Assembly: GCA_965242725.1 (NCBI GenBank)
Contig: CBDESZ010000006.1
Span: forward strand, 64,001-128,000
Length of the DNA stretch: 64,000 bases
DNA from: Alkalispirochaeta sp.
Lineage (GTDB): Bacteria; Spirochaetota; Spirochaetia; DSM-27196; Alkalispirochaetaceae
Reading direction: 5' to 3'
Part shown: positions 11,428-20,849 of the stretch, piece after piece
Position numbering within the stretch: position 1 is the stretch's first letter
How the letters are laid out: every line of letters begins with the position of its first letter
Made by a program: the position numbers and the translations under genes
Notes under the pieces: generated by a model
The model's database searches: none
What the model was told of the DNA's origin: nothing
Seen by the model: only the letters and a program-made list of their open reading frames with translations

Positions 11428-12411
11428 CTATCGGATTGCCTGCTGCCAGGACATATCGAGGAGCTGTTCAAGATCGACGCGCTGTGCGAGCAAACCTTCA
11501 TCGTGCATCATCTCTTCGACCTCCTTAATACGCTCCAAATCCTCCGAGGTTAGACGCCAGCTGAAGGTGTTTGCTTCGATCGCCTCCGCGACAACACGAC
11601 GTGCCGGAACCGGCCCCGACGGTGTCTCCAACGTTTCTTCGGCCATGAAATAGTGTGTGATCATGCCGGCCGCTTGGTTGGGATCCCCTTCCAGAAGCGC
11701 GATCGCTTCCTTTTGAGCTTCCAGCACGGATTCGATAGTGCTGCGATTCTCCTGCCAGGTTTCGGCGGAGGTGATTACCACCATGCAGGGGAACGGCCAG
11801 TAATCTCCAACTTCGGCAATCTCTCGCACGGGGGCCGTATACCTGGCAATCCGGGCGTAGGGTTCAAAAAGGAACGCCGCGTCAACGCCACCGCTCACGA
11901 GGGCCTGCACTGCGACGGCGGGCGATACGTGGCGCATGTTGAGGTCTCTTTTGGACAAACCGGAATCCGCAAGTAAGACGTTGCTCAGCACAATATCGGC
12001 CGTGGAGCCCTGTTTCTGCGAGGCGAGCTCTCGACCATGCAACTCCGACACGTCGGTTATTCCGGTATCACGTCTCGCAAGCAGGGAGTGGTACCCTCGT
12101 TGCGCGCCTCCGACAATGCGCAAGCTCGCACCGCGGGATGCCCAGGTAAGGGCGTTGGTAAAACCAAGAACGCCGACATCGATTCTGCCTCCCACAATGG
12201 CCTTGACCATGTCGGTGCCGCTTGCGAATTGAGTCAGCCGGGGCTCCAGGCCTCGGTCGCCGTAAAAGCCGCCCTCGTACGCCACGAGAACTGAGGCATC
12301 ATCCATGACATTTACATAACCGATTCGAACAGGCTCTCCGAAAAGCACCCCGCCGGTGACTGTCAGGAACAAAATCCCGAGGACAACCCCGATACTCCTT
12401 TTCCCAACCAT
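11428..12411 (-). CDS. ABC substrate-binding protein (SsuA/TauA/NitT type)
   Basis: Signal peptide, VRIGY, GSTAD; start at MVGKRS after GGAG. Confidence 0.85.
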   Translation of the reverse strand: MVGKRSIGVVLGILFLTVTGGVLFGEPVRIGYVNVMDDASVLVAYEGGFYGDRGLEPRLTQFASGTDMVKAIVGGRIDVGVLGFTNALTWASRGASLRIVGGAQRGYHSLLARRDTGITDVSELHGRELASQKQGSTADIVLSNVLLADSGLSKRDLNMRHVSPAVAVQALVSGGVDAAFLFEPYARIARYTAPVREIAEVGDYWPFPCMVVITSAETWQENRSTIESVLEAQKEAIALLEGDPNQAAGMITHYFMAEETLETPSGPVPARRVVAEAIEANTFSWRLTSEDLERIKEVEEMMHDEGLLAQRVDLEQLLDMSWQQAIR

Positions 12412-12499
12412 AGTACGCTCCTTAATTCGGTGAATGCATTGAGCATCACTGACTTGGTTTTGGATAGATACTATACTTTGTAACATTAGTTAGTCAACT

Positions 12500-12860
12500 T
12501 TAAGACCCTGCATTCGTGTCTTCTACAATGCTGCGGGCTTGCAACTCGAGATCACTTTTCCACGAAGGTGCCTCAGCTCCCGAGTAAGTGAGGGGAAGCG
12601 CAAGGAGTTCCAGTCTATCGCCTGCGCGGTTAGGGAACCGGCTCCGGTTACCAGGGAGCTTCTCGTTTCAGATGTCCTTGAGGGGGGGTGCGGGAACATC
12701 GTTTTCTCACGCCGCCCGGTATTGCATCTCTTGAGAAGATGACGGGAACTCGAGGTGTGGTAGATCCTGAGGAAGGACGCCTCATACGTGGCGTGACCGA
12801 GGACGTCCCTATCGAATCGCCGGTTTCGGTATATGTGAACCTCTTCGAAGCGATGTGCCG
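12500..12860 (+). pseudogene. decayed paralog of the Enzyme I-like gene at 15311-17221
   Basis: Fragments in different frames: VTRELLVSDVLE, GTSFSHAA, GIASLEKMTGTRGVVDPEEGRLIRG, SPVSVYVN. Confidence 0.65.
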
Positions 12861-12868
12861 CCGCGATT

Positions 12869-12906
12869 GTCATCTGTTCGTAATAAGCCTGTCATTCTAC
12901 GTTCAC
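12869..12906 (+). promoter_or_regulatory. 4 x 11-bp phased box
   Basis: GTCAT 12869, GTAAT 12880, GTCAT 12891, TTCAC 12902. Confidence 0.7.
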
Positions 12907-12985
12907 CTTGAGCTGCTACATTCTCAATCGTTGACGGCGAGACCTGAAGACCGCCGCGATAAATACCAAATTTGGAGGACGATTT

Positions 12986-13522
12986 ATGAATAATCGGACA
13001 CTTTTAGTCGCCGTATTGCTGACGGCAGTTGTATTTGGAGCCTTCGCACAAGTCGACGGGCACAATCGGAGTGTCGAAGACGTGGAGGCGGAAATTCGGA
13101 CCACCCTGGGCTTGAGTAGCGAGGAGAGAATCAATCCGGACGCGGTTCCCGAGGAACTGCTCATCGTCCTCGGTGACGCGGTAATGGGAGCCTATGTAGG
13201 TGACCCTGAGCGGCACGAATGGATGGACGAGATGATGGGAGGCGAAGGTTCGAGCTCTCTGGATGCCGCACATCGGTGGATGGCGTATCGGTATTTAACC
13301 GGCGGATATGCCACGGCGGGAGGAATGGGATACGGCATGATGGGCGGTGGAATGATGGGTACCGCCGGCATGATGGGCGGCGGTTGGGGCCTCATGGGCA
13401 ACCCCGACATGATGTACGAGGGGATTCCGTACGGTTCACCGGAAGAGGTGCTCAAACGCCGCTATGCGGCCGGGGAGATTTCGCGTCGGGAATTCCGGCG
13501 AATGCTTCGCGAGATCGAATAG
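12986..13522 (+). CDS. exported SHOCT protein, identical protein to 3504-4040 (repeat copy B)
   Basis: Identical translation. Confidence 0.8.
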   Translation: MNNRTLLVAVLLTAVVFGAFAQVDGHNRSVEDVEAEIRTTLGLSSEERINPDAVPEELLIVLGDAVMGAYVGDPERHEWMDEMMGGEGSSSLDAAHRWMAYRYLTGGYATAGGMGYGMMGGGMMGTAGMMGGGWGLMGNPDMMYEGIPYGSPEEVLKRRYAAGEISRREFRRMLREIE

Positions 13523-13592
13523 AATTCAGCACGGACGGGGCCTGCGGGATGGCTTTATTGCCACCCCCGCGGGTCGCGACAGAGGAGGTAGT

Positions 13593-14258
13593 ATGGGTGA
13601 ACAAAGCGATATCGTACGGAAACGATATAATAGAATTGCTCCGCTCTACGATCTTATGGAAAGACCGATGGAGAGTCATGGCACCCAATGGAGAGACGAG
13701 CTTCTCCAAGAAGCTCACGGGCGGGTGCTGGAAGTCGGCGTGGGCACGGGGAAGAACCTGGCGAGCTATCCCAAAGGGGTTCACGTAACCGGGATCGATT
13801 TCAGCTCCGGTATGATTGCACGGGCTCGCGAGCGAGTGCGGGAGCTTGGGCTTACAAATGTCACACTTATCGAGATGGATGCTGAGCAAATGGAGTTTTC
13901 GGACGACAGTTTTGACACGGTCGTAACGACCTGTGTCTTTTGCTCGGTGCCGGTTCCGATCAAAGGATTGGAGGAGATCCATCGCGTCTGCAGGCCGGAA
14001 GGAAAGGTGCTCATGCTCGAGCACGTTCGGAGTAAGGGTGCAATTCTCGGTCCAATAATGGATTTTCTGAACCCGCTCCCATTGCATCTCTACGGTGCCA
14101 ATATCAACCGACGGACCGTCGAAAATCTTCGCCTGGCCGGATTCAAGGACATTGAGGTCACCGACCTTTGGAAAGACATCATGAAACGGATCGTCGCTCG
14201 CCCGTACAAGACATCGGATAAATCGTTTGACTTTATATGGGAGGTTACAAATGCGTAA
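13593..14258 (+). CDS. class I SAM-dependent methyltransferase
   Basis: VLEVGVGTGKN, TCVFCSVP, LEHVRS. Confidence 0.88.
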   Translation: MGEQSDIVRKRYNRIAPLYDLMERPMESHGTQWRDELLQEAHGRVLEVGVGTGKNLASYPKGVHVTGIDFSSGMIARARERVRELGLTNVTLIEMDAEQMEFSDDSFDTVVTTCVFCSVPVPIKGLEEIHRVCRPEGKVLMLEHVRSKGAILGPIMDFLNPLPLHLYGANINRRTVENLRLAGFKDIEVTDLWKDIMKRIVARPYKTSDKSFDFIWEVTNA

Positions 14259-15303
14259 AATATTTTCAATAACGGTATCCATCTCGTTAGTGCTATTAAT
14301 AGGTGTCGGCAGTTTGTTCGCGGCGGGCCGCGCGGAAGAGAGTGCACCGGCAGGAACTCCGACGATCGGCGTCGTCCACATCACCTTTGGCCCGTCTTAT
14401 TGGTTTAGCGGGGTGGAGTATGCGAGCTTCGGCGCAGCCTATCGGGAGCAGTGGCGCCGCCTCTCGGAGGAGGAGAATTTCAAACTCATCCAAGTGGAGG
14501 CAGGCGTCACGGCATACGATCTCGAATTCGCAACCCGGCGTCTCATCGACCTCGGGGTCGATGCGATTCTGCTCTTTCAACACGATCCGTATGCTGCGGG
14601 TCAGGCGGTACAGCTTGCCCAGGAGGCCGGTATTCCCGTCGCCATACACGGCATCAGGCCGGCATCGGGAATCAAGGCTCCTTATGTGGGTTTCTCGGAG
14701 TACGAAACGTGCAGGCTCCTGGGTCAAATCGCGGCGGAACGGTTTACCGAGCAAACGCCGGGTGTGATTCCCCGCGTTCTGGTGCTGAACAATAGGACGG
14801 TGGAACGTGATGTCAATCGAGAGCGGGGGTTCCTCGACGGTTTCCGGTCCCGCGTCCCGGACGTTGAAATAATCCAAGCCCCGGAAGATAGCGGTACTCT
14901 GGAAAGCGCCCTGCGAGTAGCCGAGGTAGCGTTCTTCAACAATCCGGAAATCAACATGGTCTATGCCACTAGCGACGAGCGTGCCTTCGGCGTGATGCAG
15001 GCGTTGAATAACGCGAATATCGCTCCGGCGGAGGTCGGCATAGTCGCCGTCGGCGGCGGCGAACGCGCCATGAAAAACGTCCTTCAACAACATAATTGGT
15101 GGGCACAAGTCGGTCTCAATGTTCGCGGCGTCGCCGAAAAATCGTACGAAGTACTGTCGATGATGATGGCAGGCGACATTCCTTTTGGGAGCGAGCGGGA
15201 GATTCTGGTGGACTCGCCGATTTTTGTTGATCCGTCGGTCGCGGAGGTGCGGGCCTATCTTCAAAACAATCACGGAATCGAAGCTCCTGACCTGACAAAG
15301 TAA
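14251..15303 (+). CDS. sugar-binding periplasmic protein (RbsB-like), no adjacent permease
   Basis: Signal peptide ending LFAAGRAE, GVDAILL, RERGF, DERAFG. Confidence 0.7.
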   Translation: MRKIFSITVSISLVLLIGVGSLFAAGRAEESAPAGTPTIGVVHITFGPSYWFSGVEYASFGAAYREQWRRLSEEENFKLIQVEAGVTAYDLEFATRRLIDLGVDAILLFQHDPYAAGQAVQLAQEAGIPVAIHGIRPASGIKAPYVGFSEYETCRLLGQIAAERFTEQTPGVIPRVLVLNNRTVERDVNRERGFLDGFRSRVPDVEIIQAPEDSGTLESALRVAEVAFFNNPEINMVYATSDERAFGVMQALNNANIAPAEVGIVAVGGGERAMKNVLQQHNWWAQVGLNVRGVAEKSYEVLSMMMAGDIPFGSEREILVDSPIFVDPSVAEVRAYLQNNHGIEAPDLTK

Positions 15304-15310
15304 CACAATC

Positions 15311-17221
15311 TCACGGTGACGCGGATTGATACGCCAGCATACATTCCTCCGAGCAGAAGTAGTGCGTACGATCGGAGCTCTCGAGAACAAAGGGATTGCC
15401 CGTTTGATGCACTACCATACCGCAGACCGGGTCCATTGCTCCGTCGGAAATTCCGGTCGTCCGCACTTCGATATCCGAAACGGTTGGGACGCTCGTCCCG
15501 GTATTCCTGAGTATCTCGCTGACTTCTGCGGCGGTACTCACCGATACGCAGCGATTCGCGATTGTCCGAAACCGGTCCTCGGAGCCTTCCGGTACCGCGC
15601 GCCGTACCGCGTCCACCGCATGGACATCTACGCTGAGATCTGAAAAACCGAGGCCGAAAAGCAGCGGGACCATGTCGGGATCCGAGGCGATCTCTCCACA
15701 GAGCGTCACCGGAACGGACGCGGCCTTCGCAGACTCGACGATGTGTGCCAGAGCCCGCAACGCGGTGGGGTGGTAAGGTCGGTAGAGGTGGCCCACATTC
15801 CCGTTTGTACGGTCTACGGCAAAGTGGTACTGCAGCAGATCGTTGGTGCCGACGCTGACAAAATCGACCTTGTCATAAATCTCCTGCAGTGTCCAAAGAA
15901 TGGAAGGGACCTCCAACAATACACCCTGCTTGAAATCACGCCGATACGGCGTCCCTTCAGCGTCGAGCTGTGCCCGTGCCTCGCCTACTAGGGAGAGTAC
16001 CGCGTCGAGATCGTCGACGGTTTCTATCATCGGAAAAAGCAGTCGGAGCTCCCCGCATTCAAGACCCGCCCGAAGGATGGCCTTCGTTTGCGTAATCAAT
16101 ATCTCCGGATGATAGGCGTAAATGCGATGCGCCCGAAGACCGAGGAAGGGGTTTTCCTGAGGACCGAGGGAAAAGAAGGAGAGACTCTTATCTCCGCCGA
16201 CATCGAAGGTCCGGATTGTGACCGGAGAGGCGGGCCACTCCCGGCAGAGTGTGCGGTATTCCCGGTACTGCTGCTCTTCCGTCGGAAAGCCTTCCGCTCG
16301 GGTCAGGAGGAACTCGCTCCTGTAGAGGCCTATCCCGGCGATGCGCCCATCTTTGTCCGTCGACGATGCGTGGGTATCCACTACATTTAGGTAGACCGAG
16401 AGAGGCGAGGCCACGCTTCCACCTATGTCCGTTTTCTCCACTTCAATCCACTCTTCGATTTCCGGGTCCTTTAGCCCCAGTATGAGCCGCCCATTCGTGG
16501 TGTCTACGACAACCCGACTGCCGGCTACCTCCCTGAGGGACTCAACCCCGGCAACTCTGAGTACCGGTATGCCGAAGGCCTTCGCCATGATCGCGGCGTG
16601 GGAGAGGGGGGTTCCCGTTGCCGCAATAATCGCTTTCACCCCCGCGTCCTTTGCCTCGAGAACCTCAGTCACCAGAAGCTCCTGGGTAACGAACACCGGG
16701 GCCTCCACATCGCAGACCGTCGAAAGTACGTCCTCCCGCTTTTGCCCGTCTAACCCTTCACGAAGCCGGCGGTGCAGATCCTCGATGTCGGAGGCTTTCT
16801 CCCTGGTTATCTCGTGACCGGAGCGTTGTAACCGGGTCTTGACCGATCCGAAAACTTCCGCAACCGCGCTCTCCGCCGTCGCGTCTTCTTCTTCGATCCT
16901 CTTTCTGACCTGCTCCCGAAGTCCCTCATCTTTAAGAAGAAGGATGTGAGTCCGGAGGATATCGGCCTCGGAACCAAACCCTTCCGCTCGAAGTATCTCC
17001 TCGGTAGATGCAATCTCCGCCTCCAGTAACGACATTTGCCTCTCTACGCGAGCGAACTCCGAAGCGTACGGCGCCTGAGCCGCGATCCGCCCGTTGTCGG
17101 GCGCCTGATGCGGTCGTGGTACGTCTCGAAAACAGATCGTGCCGGAAACCACCGGCGCCGTTGAAATCGGTATTCCCGCAAGGAACCTTACCCTGCCTTT
17201 GTCGTCTTCAGTCATCGTCAT
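15311..17221 (-). CDS. PEP-protein phosphotransferase (Enzyme I-like) with C-terminal YHS/TRASH domain
   Basis: SHAAIMAK, IGLYRSEF, RTFDVGGDK, ENPFLGLR, SVGTNDLLQY, LCGE; DPVCGM...HYFCSEEC. Confidence 0.88.
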   Translation of the reverse strand: MTMTEDDKGRVRFLAGIPISTAPVVSGTICFRDVPRPHQAPDNGRIAAQAPYASEFARVERQMSLLEAEIASTEEILRAEGFGSEADILRTHILLLKDEGLREQVRKRIEEEDATAESAVAEVFGSVKTRLQRSGHEITREKASDIEDLHRRLREGLDGQKREDVLSTVCDVEAPVFVTQELLVTEVLEAKDAGVKAIIAATGTPLSHAAIMAKAFGIPVLRVAGVESLREVAGSRVVVDTTNGRLILGLKDPEIEEWIEVEKTDIGGSVASPLSVYLNVVDTHASSTDKDGRIAGIGLYRSEFLLTRAEGFPTEEQQYREYRTLCREWPASPVTIRTFDVGGDKSLSFFSLGPQENPFLGLRAHRIYAYHPEILITQTKAILRAGLECGELRLLFPMIETVDDLDAVLSLVGEARAQLDAEGTPYRRDFKQGVLLEVPSILWTLQEIYDKVDFVSVGTNDLLQYHFAVDRTNGNVGHLYRPYHPTALRALAHIVESAKAASVPVTLCGEIASDPDMVPLLFGLGFSDLSVDVHAVDAVRRAVPEGSEDRFRTIANRCVSVSTAAEVSEILRNTGTSVPTVSDIEVRTTGISDGAMDPVCGMVVHQTGNPFVLESSDRTHYFCSEECMLAYQSASP

Positions 17222-17254
17222 TACCCCTTTCTCGAAACAGAGTATCAGTGACAG

Positions 17255-17348
17255 GTGACCGCAAGGTGACGAGTTTATTACAAATGTATGACAGCGCAGA
17301 GTTATATAGCGTCATCAAATTGCAATACGGTCGTTATATCTGCGTAAT
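17255..17348. promoter_or_regulatory. two back-to-back 4 x 11-bp boxes in a divergent promoter region
   Basis: Minus: GTCAT,GTAAT,GTCAC,GTCAC (17292-17255); plus: GTCAT 17311, GCAAT 17322, GTTAT 17333, GTAAT 17344. Confidence 0.7.
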
Positions 17349-17421
17349 GCCGCTCTTTTATACTCCGCATAAATGTAGGCTGTTTGGAGCCGCAATAGCA
17401 CTCAATGGAGGAAATTGCTAT

Positions 17422-18063
17422 ATGAATATGGACACCATGAACCAGTACGGGAAATTCCGCGCGACGTCGCACCGTGCCGCGCTCTTCGCGCTTATTCTGA
17501 CGACCATGATCGGAGCGCCGACGGTCTTCTCCCTCCCCTTCGGTCATATGGGATTGGCCAATCACCGTTCCACGGGATACATAGGACCCTCGATCGGTAT
17601 GTCGCCGGTTGAATCCGGCCCGGCCACCTGGGTCGGTCTCCGAGGGGGGTGGGAGTTTGATCACGCCGTCGCCGTGGGTGTAACGGGTAATTGGCTTCTA
17701 AGCAACATCGAGGAAGAGACCGGAAACAGCGCCAACCTCGGTTACGGAGGAATAGAGTTTCGGACGTTTCTATTGTCCCAGGCCCCGGTCTCCCTCGCCT
17801 TCGATTTAACAATCGGGGCCGGTTCCGTGGGAAGCGGCGTTCATTTCATGGGGGGAGGTCACCACGATTCCGACGAGGAGTCCGACGGCTTTTTCGTGGT
17901 CGAGCCGGAGCTGCAGTTGGTGTTTCGGGCGAATCGTTTCGTTCGCCTCGAATTGGGAGCCGGATACTTTATCACCAGCGGCGTCGACGTACCGGGAATT
18001 AACGATGGGGACTTGAGTGGGCCAAAGGCGACGCTATCCATGAGCTTTGGAGACTGGCTATAG
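17422..18063 (+). CDS. putative outer-membrane beta-barrel protein
   Basis: GGAGG RBS, signal peptide, amphipathic strands (LGYGGIEF, FFVVEPEL), loop HFMGGGHHDSDEE. Confidence 0.6.
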   Translation: MNMDTMNQYGKFRATSHRAALFALILTTMIGAPTVFSLPFGHMGLANHRSTGYIGPSIGMSPVESGPATWVGLRGGWEFDHAVAVGVTGNWLLSNIEEETGNSANLGYGGIEFRTFLLSQAPVSLAFDLTIGAGSVGSGVHFMGGGHHDSDEESDGFFVVEPELQLVFRANRFVRLELGAGYFITSGVDVPGINDGDLSGPKATLSMSFGDWL

Positions 18064-18134
18064 GAGCCCTCTCAGGACACGTGATACTCACCGCTGTTAG
18101 GTATAAATTCGTTCTACCGTGAGGCATTCTTCAC

Positions 18135-18156
18135 ATACCATAGAGTGGTAGGGTAT
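18135..18156. promoter_or_regulatory. CsoR-like operator upstream of gap-ldh
   Basis: ATACCATAGAGTGGTAGGGTAT overlapping TATAAT; same geometry as the pflB site. Confidence 0.55.
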
Positions 18157-18279
18157 AATCGGCGATGCGCTTTGGTTGATTCGGGCGCCGTATGCGACGG
18201 CCTGTGGCCGGCGGGACGCGTGACCGATTTTAGAATTGGAAGTCTGTTCATTAAAAGCTAATTTTAGAAGGAGGACCGT

Positions 18280-19344
18280 ATGAGCGAGAAAAAAACGAAA
18301 GTAGCGGTAAACGGCTACGGCGTGATAGGCAAACGAGTCGCCGACGCGGTGGTGGCACAACCGGATATGGAGCTTGTCGGGGTCGCGGACGTCGTCAACG
18401 ATTACAGGATGAAGACGGCGGCGATTCGCGGGCTGCCCATTTACGCTGCGCTCCCGGAGAAAGCCGCCGGCATGCGCGAGGCGGGTCTCAGCATTGCAGG
18501 CGATCTGGACGACTTATTGGCGCAAAGTACGGTCATCGTCGACTGTACGCCCAAAGGTATCGGAGCCAAAAACCTTGAACGATATACGAAGGCGGGGGTC
18601 AAGTCGATCTTTCAGGGAGGCGAAAGCCACACGCTCACCGGTCATTCATTTGTCGCACAGGCGAACTATGAGAGCGCTATCGGTCGCGACTCCACACGAG
18701 TCGTTTCGTGCAACACGACCAGCACCGTGCGCACACTGGTGGCACTTCGTTCAGCCGGGCTTCTGAAGAAGGCGAGAGGCGTATTGATTCGGAGAGCAAC
18801 CGATCCGTGGGAATCCGACCACAGCGGGATCATGAATACCGTCGTTCCGGAGCCCCATATTCCCAGCCATCAGGGCCCCGACGCACAAACGGTTATTCCG
18901 GATCTTGAAGTGGTAACGATCGCCGCCAAGGCGTCACACACGCAGACCCACAATCACTATTGGATCGTGGAACTCTCGCGCACCGTCGAGAAAGAAGAAA
19001 TACTCGATGCGTTTCGTGCCGCTCCTCGTATTGCGTTTATCCGCATGAGTGACGGTATTGTCGCGTTAAACAGCACCATTGAGCTGATGAAGGACCTTGG
19101 CCGGCCCCGCGGCGACATGTGGGAGGTAGCGCTGTGGGCAGACGTCCTGACGGTAAACGGAAACGAAGCGTACTACACCTACCAAGTGTACAACGAAGCG
19201 ATCGTTGTGCCGGAGAACGTGGACGCAATTCGAGCGCTGAGCGGTGTCGTGTCGGATGCGCATGAGTCCATCCGAATAACCGACACGGCACTCGGCATGC
19301 GACGGGAGTTTCTGATTCAGGACGCCCCGGGAGATAAGAAATGA
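18280..19344 (+). CDS. type II (archaeal-type) glyceraldehyde-3-phosphate dehydrogenase
   Basis: NGYGVIGKRVADAV, IFQGGE, RVVSCNTT, PSHQGPD, EAIVVPENVDAIRA. Confidence 0.88.
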   Translation: MSEKKTKVAVNGYGVIGKRVADAVVAQPDMELVGVADVVNDYRMKTAAIRGLPIYAALPEKAAGMREAGLSIAGDLDDLLAQSTVIVDCTPKGIGAKNLERYTKAGVKSIFQGGESHTLTGHSFVAQANYESAIGRDSTRVVSCNTTSTVRTLVALRSAGLLKKARGVLIRRATDPWESDHSGIMNTVVPEPHIPSHQGPDAQTVIPDLEVVTIAAKASHTQTHNHYWIVELSRTVEKEEILDAFRAAPRIAFIRMSDGIVALNSTIELMKDLGRPRGDMWEVALWADVLTVNGNEAYYTYQVYNEAIVVPENVDAIRALSGVVSDAHESIRITDTALGMRREFLIQDAPGDKK

Positions 19345-20339
19345 ACCGTGTGTCGACGAATCCCCGGATCGACGGAGAGTCCGACCTGTCACATTCCATA
19401 CACGCCGGAAAAGTTGCGGTGGTTGGAGCCGGCGGTGTCGGCGCGAGCTTTTCCTTTGCACTCCTGCTGAGCGGACTTGCGTCGGAGATCGTTCTCATCG
19501 ATGCCAACCAATCCAAGGCCGAGGGAGAAGCATTAGATCTGAATCATGCGGTCCCGCACACGCATCCGACGCGGGTGTGGGCAGGAGATTACGGCGATTG
19601 TGCGGGGGCCGCGGTGACCATCGTAGCGGCCGGGGCTGCGCAGCAGTCCGATCAAAGCCGTCTGGAACTCGCGGAGAAAAATTCGGACATCTTCCGCCGG
19701 ATTGTGCCGAATATCGTACGCAACAATCCGACGGGAATCATTCTCGTCGCGACCAATCCGGTCGACGTACTGACCCGTCTCACATGGGAACTTTCGGGTA
19801 TGCCGGAGGAAAAGGTCCTGGGCTCCGGGACAATCCTCGACACGGCGAGATTCCGGCATCTTCTCAGTCTGCACTTTGGGGTAGATCCGCACAGCGTGCA
19901 TGCCTACATCGTCGGTGAACACGGGGACACCGAGGTGCCGCTCTGGTCGCTCGCGAACATCGCCGGCATGCGGTTTCCCGAGTTTTGCGCGGTCAATAAC
20001 ATGAAGTGCGACAATGACGAAATGGAGAAGATATTTCGGAGAACCCGGGACGCGGCGTACGAAATCATCCGGAAGAAAGGTGCAACCTATTACGCGATCG
20101 GAGCCGGCCTCGTGCGGATCGTGACGGCGATTCTGAGGAATCAGCGCACCGTGCTCTCAGTAAGTACCCGTATCACCGATTACTATGGGATAAACGGTAC
20201 CTTCCTGAGTATGCCGTGTGTCGTCGGTGGCGCCGGAGTCGAACGGTATCTTCGTTTAAATCTGAGCGACGACGAGGCTACGGCATTACAACATTCGGCG
20301 GCCGTAGTGGACAAATCGATGGAATCGATACGGCAATGA
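19341..20339 (+). CDS. ldh: L-lactate dehydrogenase
   Basis: GAGGVG, NPVD, GSGTILDTARFR, GEHGD, KKGATYY. Confidence 0.92.
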   Translation: MNRVSTNPRIDGESDLSHSIHAGKVAVVGAGGVGASFSFALLLSGLASEIVLIDANQSKAEGEALDLNHAVPHTHPTRVWAGDYGDCAGAAVTIVAAGAAQQSDQSRLELAEKNSDIFRRIVPNIVRNNPTGIILVATNPVDVLTRLTWELSGMPEEKVLGSGTILDTARFRHLLSLHFGVDPHSVHAYIVGEHGDTEVPLWSLANIAGMRFPEFCAVNNMKCDNDEMEKIFRRTRDAAYEIIRKKGATYYAIGAGLVRIVTAILRNQRTVLSVSTRITDYYGINGTFLSMPCVVGGAGVERYLRLNLSDDEATALQHSAAVVDKSMESIRQ

Positions 20340-20366
20340 TACCCCTTACGTCACGGTTGGTCGCAA

Positions 20367-20849
20367 CTACCTCTTTGCCAGTAGCATTAACGGCCAGGGT
20401 AGGACGAGTAGCTGAACAAAAGGTGAAACTCCAATACCGAGGAGCGGTACCATCGGCATGAGCGAGGAGTATACCCAACGACCGGTCGCGAGAGCGTGGA
20501 ACTCGATAGCGGCGGCGATAACCGCACCGACAATTGCCAAGATCGCCACATTTCCGGCGGTGAGCGGACGAAACCAGTCCAGTGAGCGATAGAATAGATA
20601 CCCCGTCGCCCAGATGGCGACAATGATCAGCCCGTCTCCTAAGCTCGCTCTCAAACAGATTAACCAGCTCGAAAGCTCACTGAAGGGCATATTCTCGTAG
20701 AGCGGCATTTGCGCCATCTCCCAAACATAGTTGACGACCACGGAAATGAAGAACAGTCGCAGAAGGAAACGGCCCGTCGGACTTTTCAAAACAGCTCCGC
20801 CTCCCATTACCGCATCTCCGAGGCGCTTACGCTGCTTGTTCGATACCAT
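20367..20849 (-). CDS. hypothetical integral membrane protein
   Basis: About four TM segments, WEMAQMPLY; start uncertain. Confidence 0.65.
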   Translation of the reverse strand: MVSNKQRKRLGDAVMGGGAVLKSPTGRFLLRLFFISVVVNYVWEMAQMPLYENMPFSELSSWLICLRASLGDGLIIVAIWATGYLFYRSLDWFRPLTAGNVAILAIVGAVIAAAIEFHALATGRWVYSSLMPMVPLLGIGVSPFVQLLVLPWPLMLLAKR

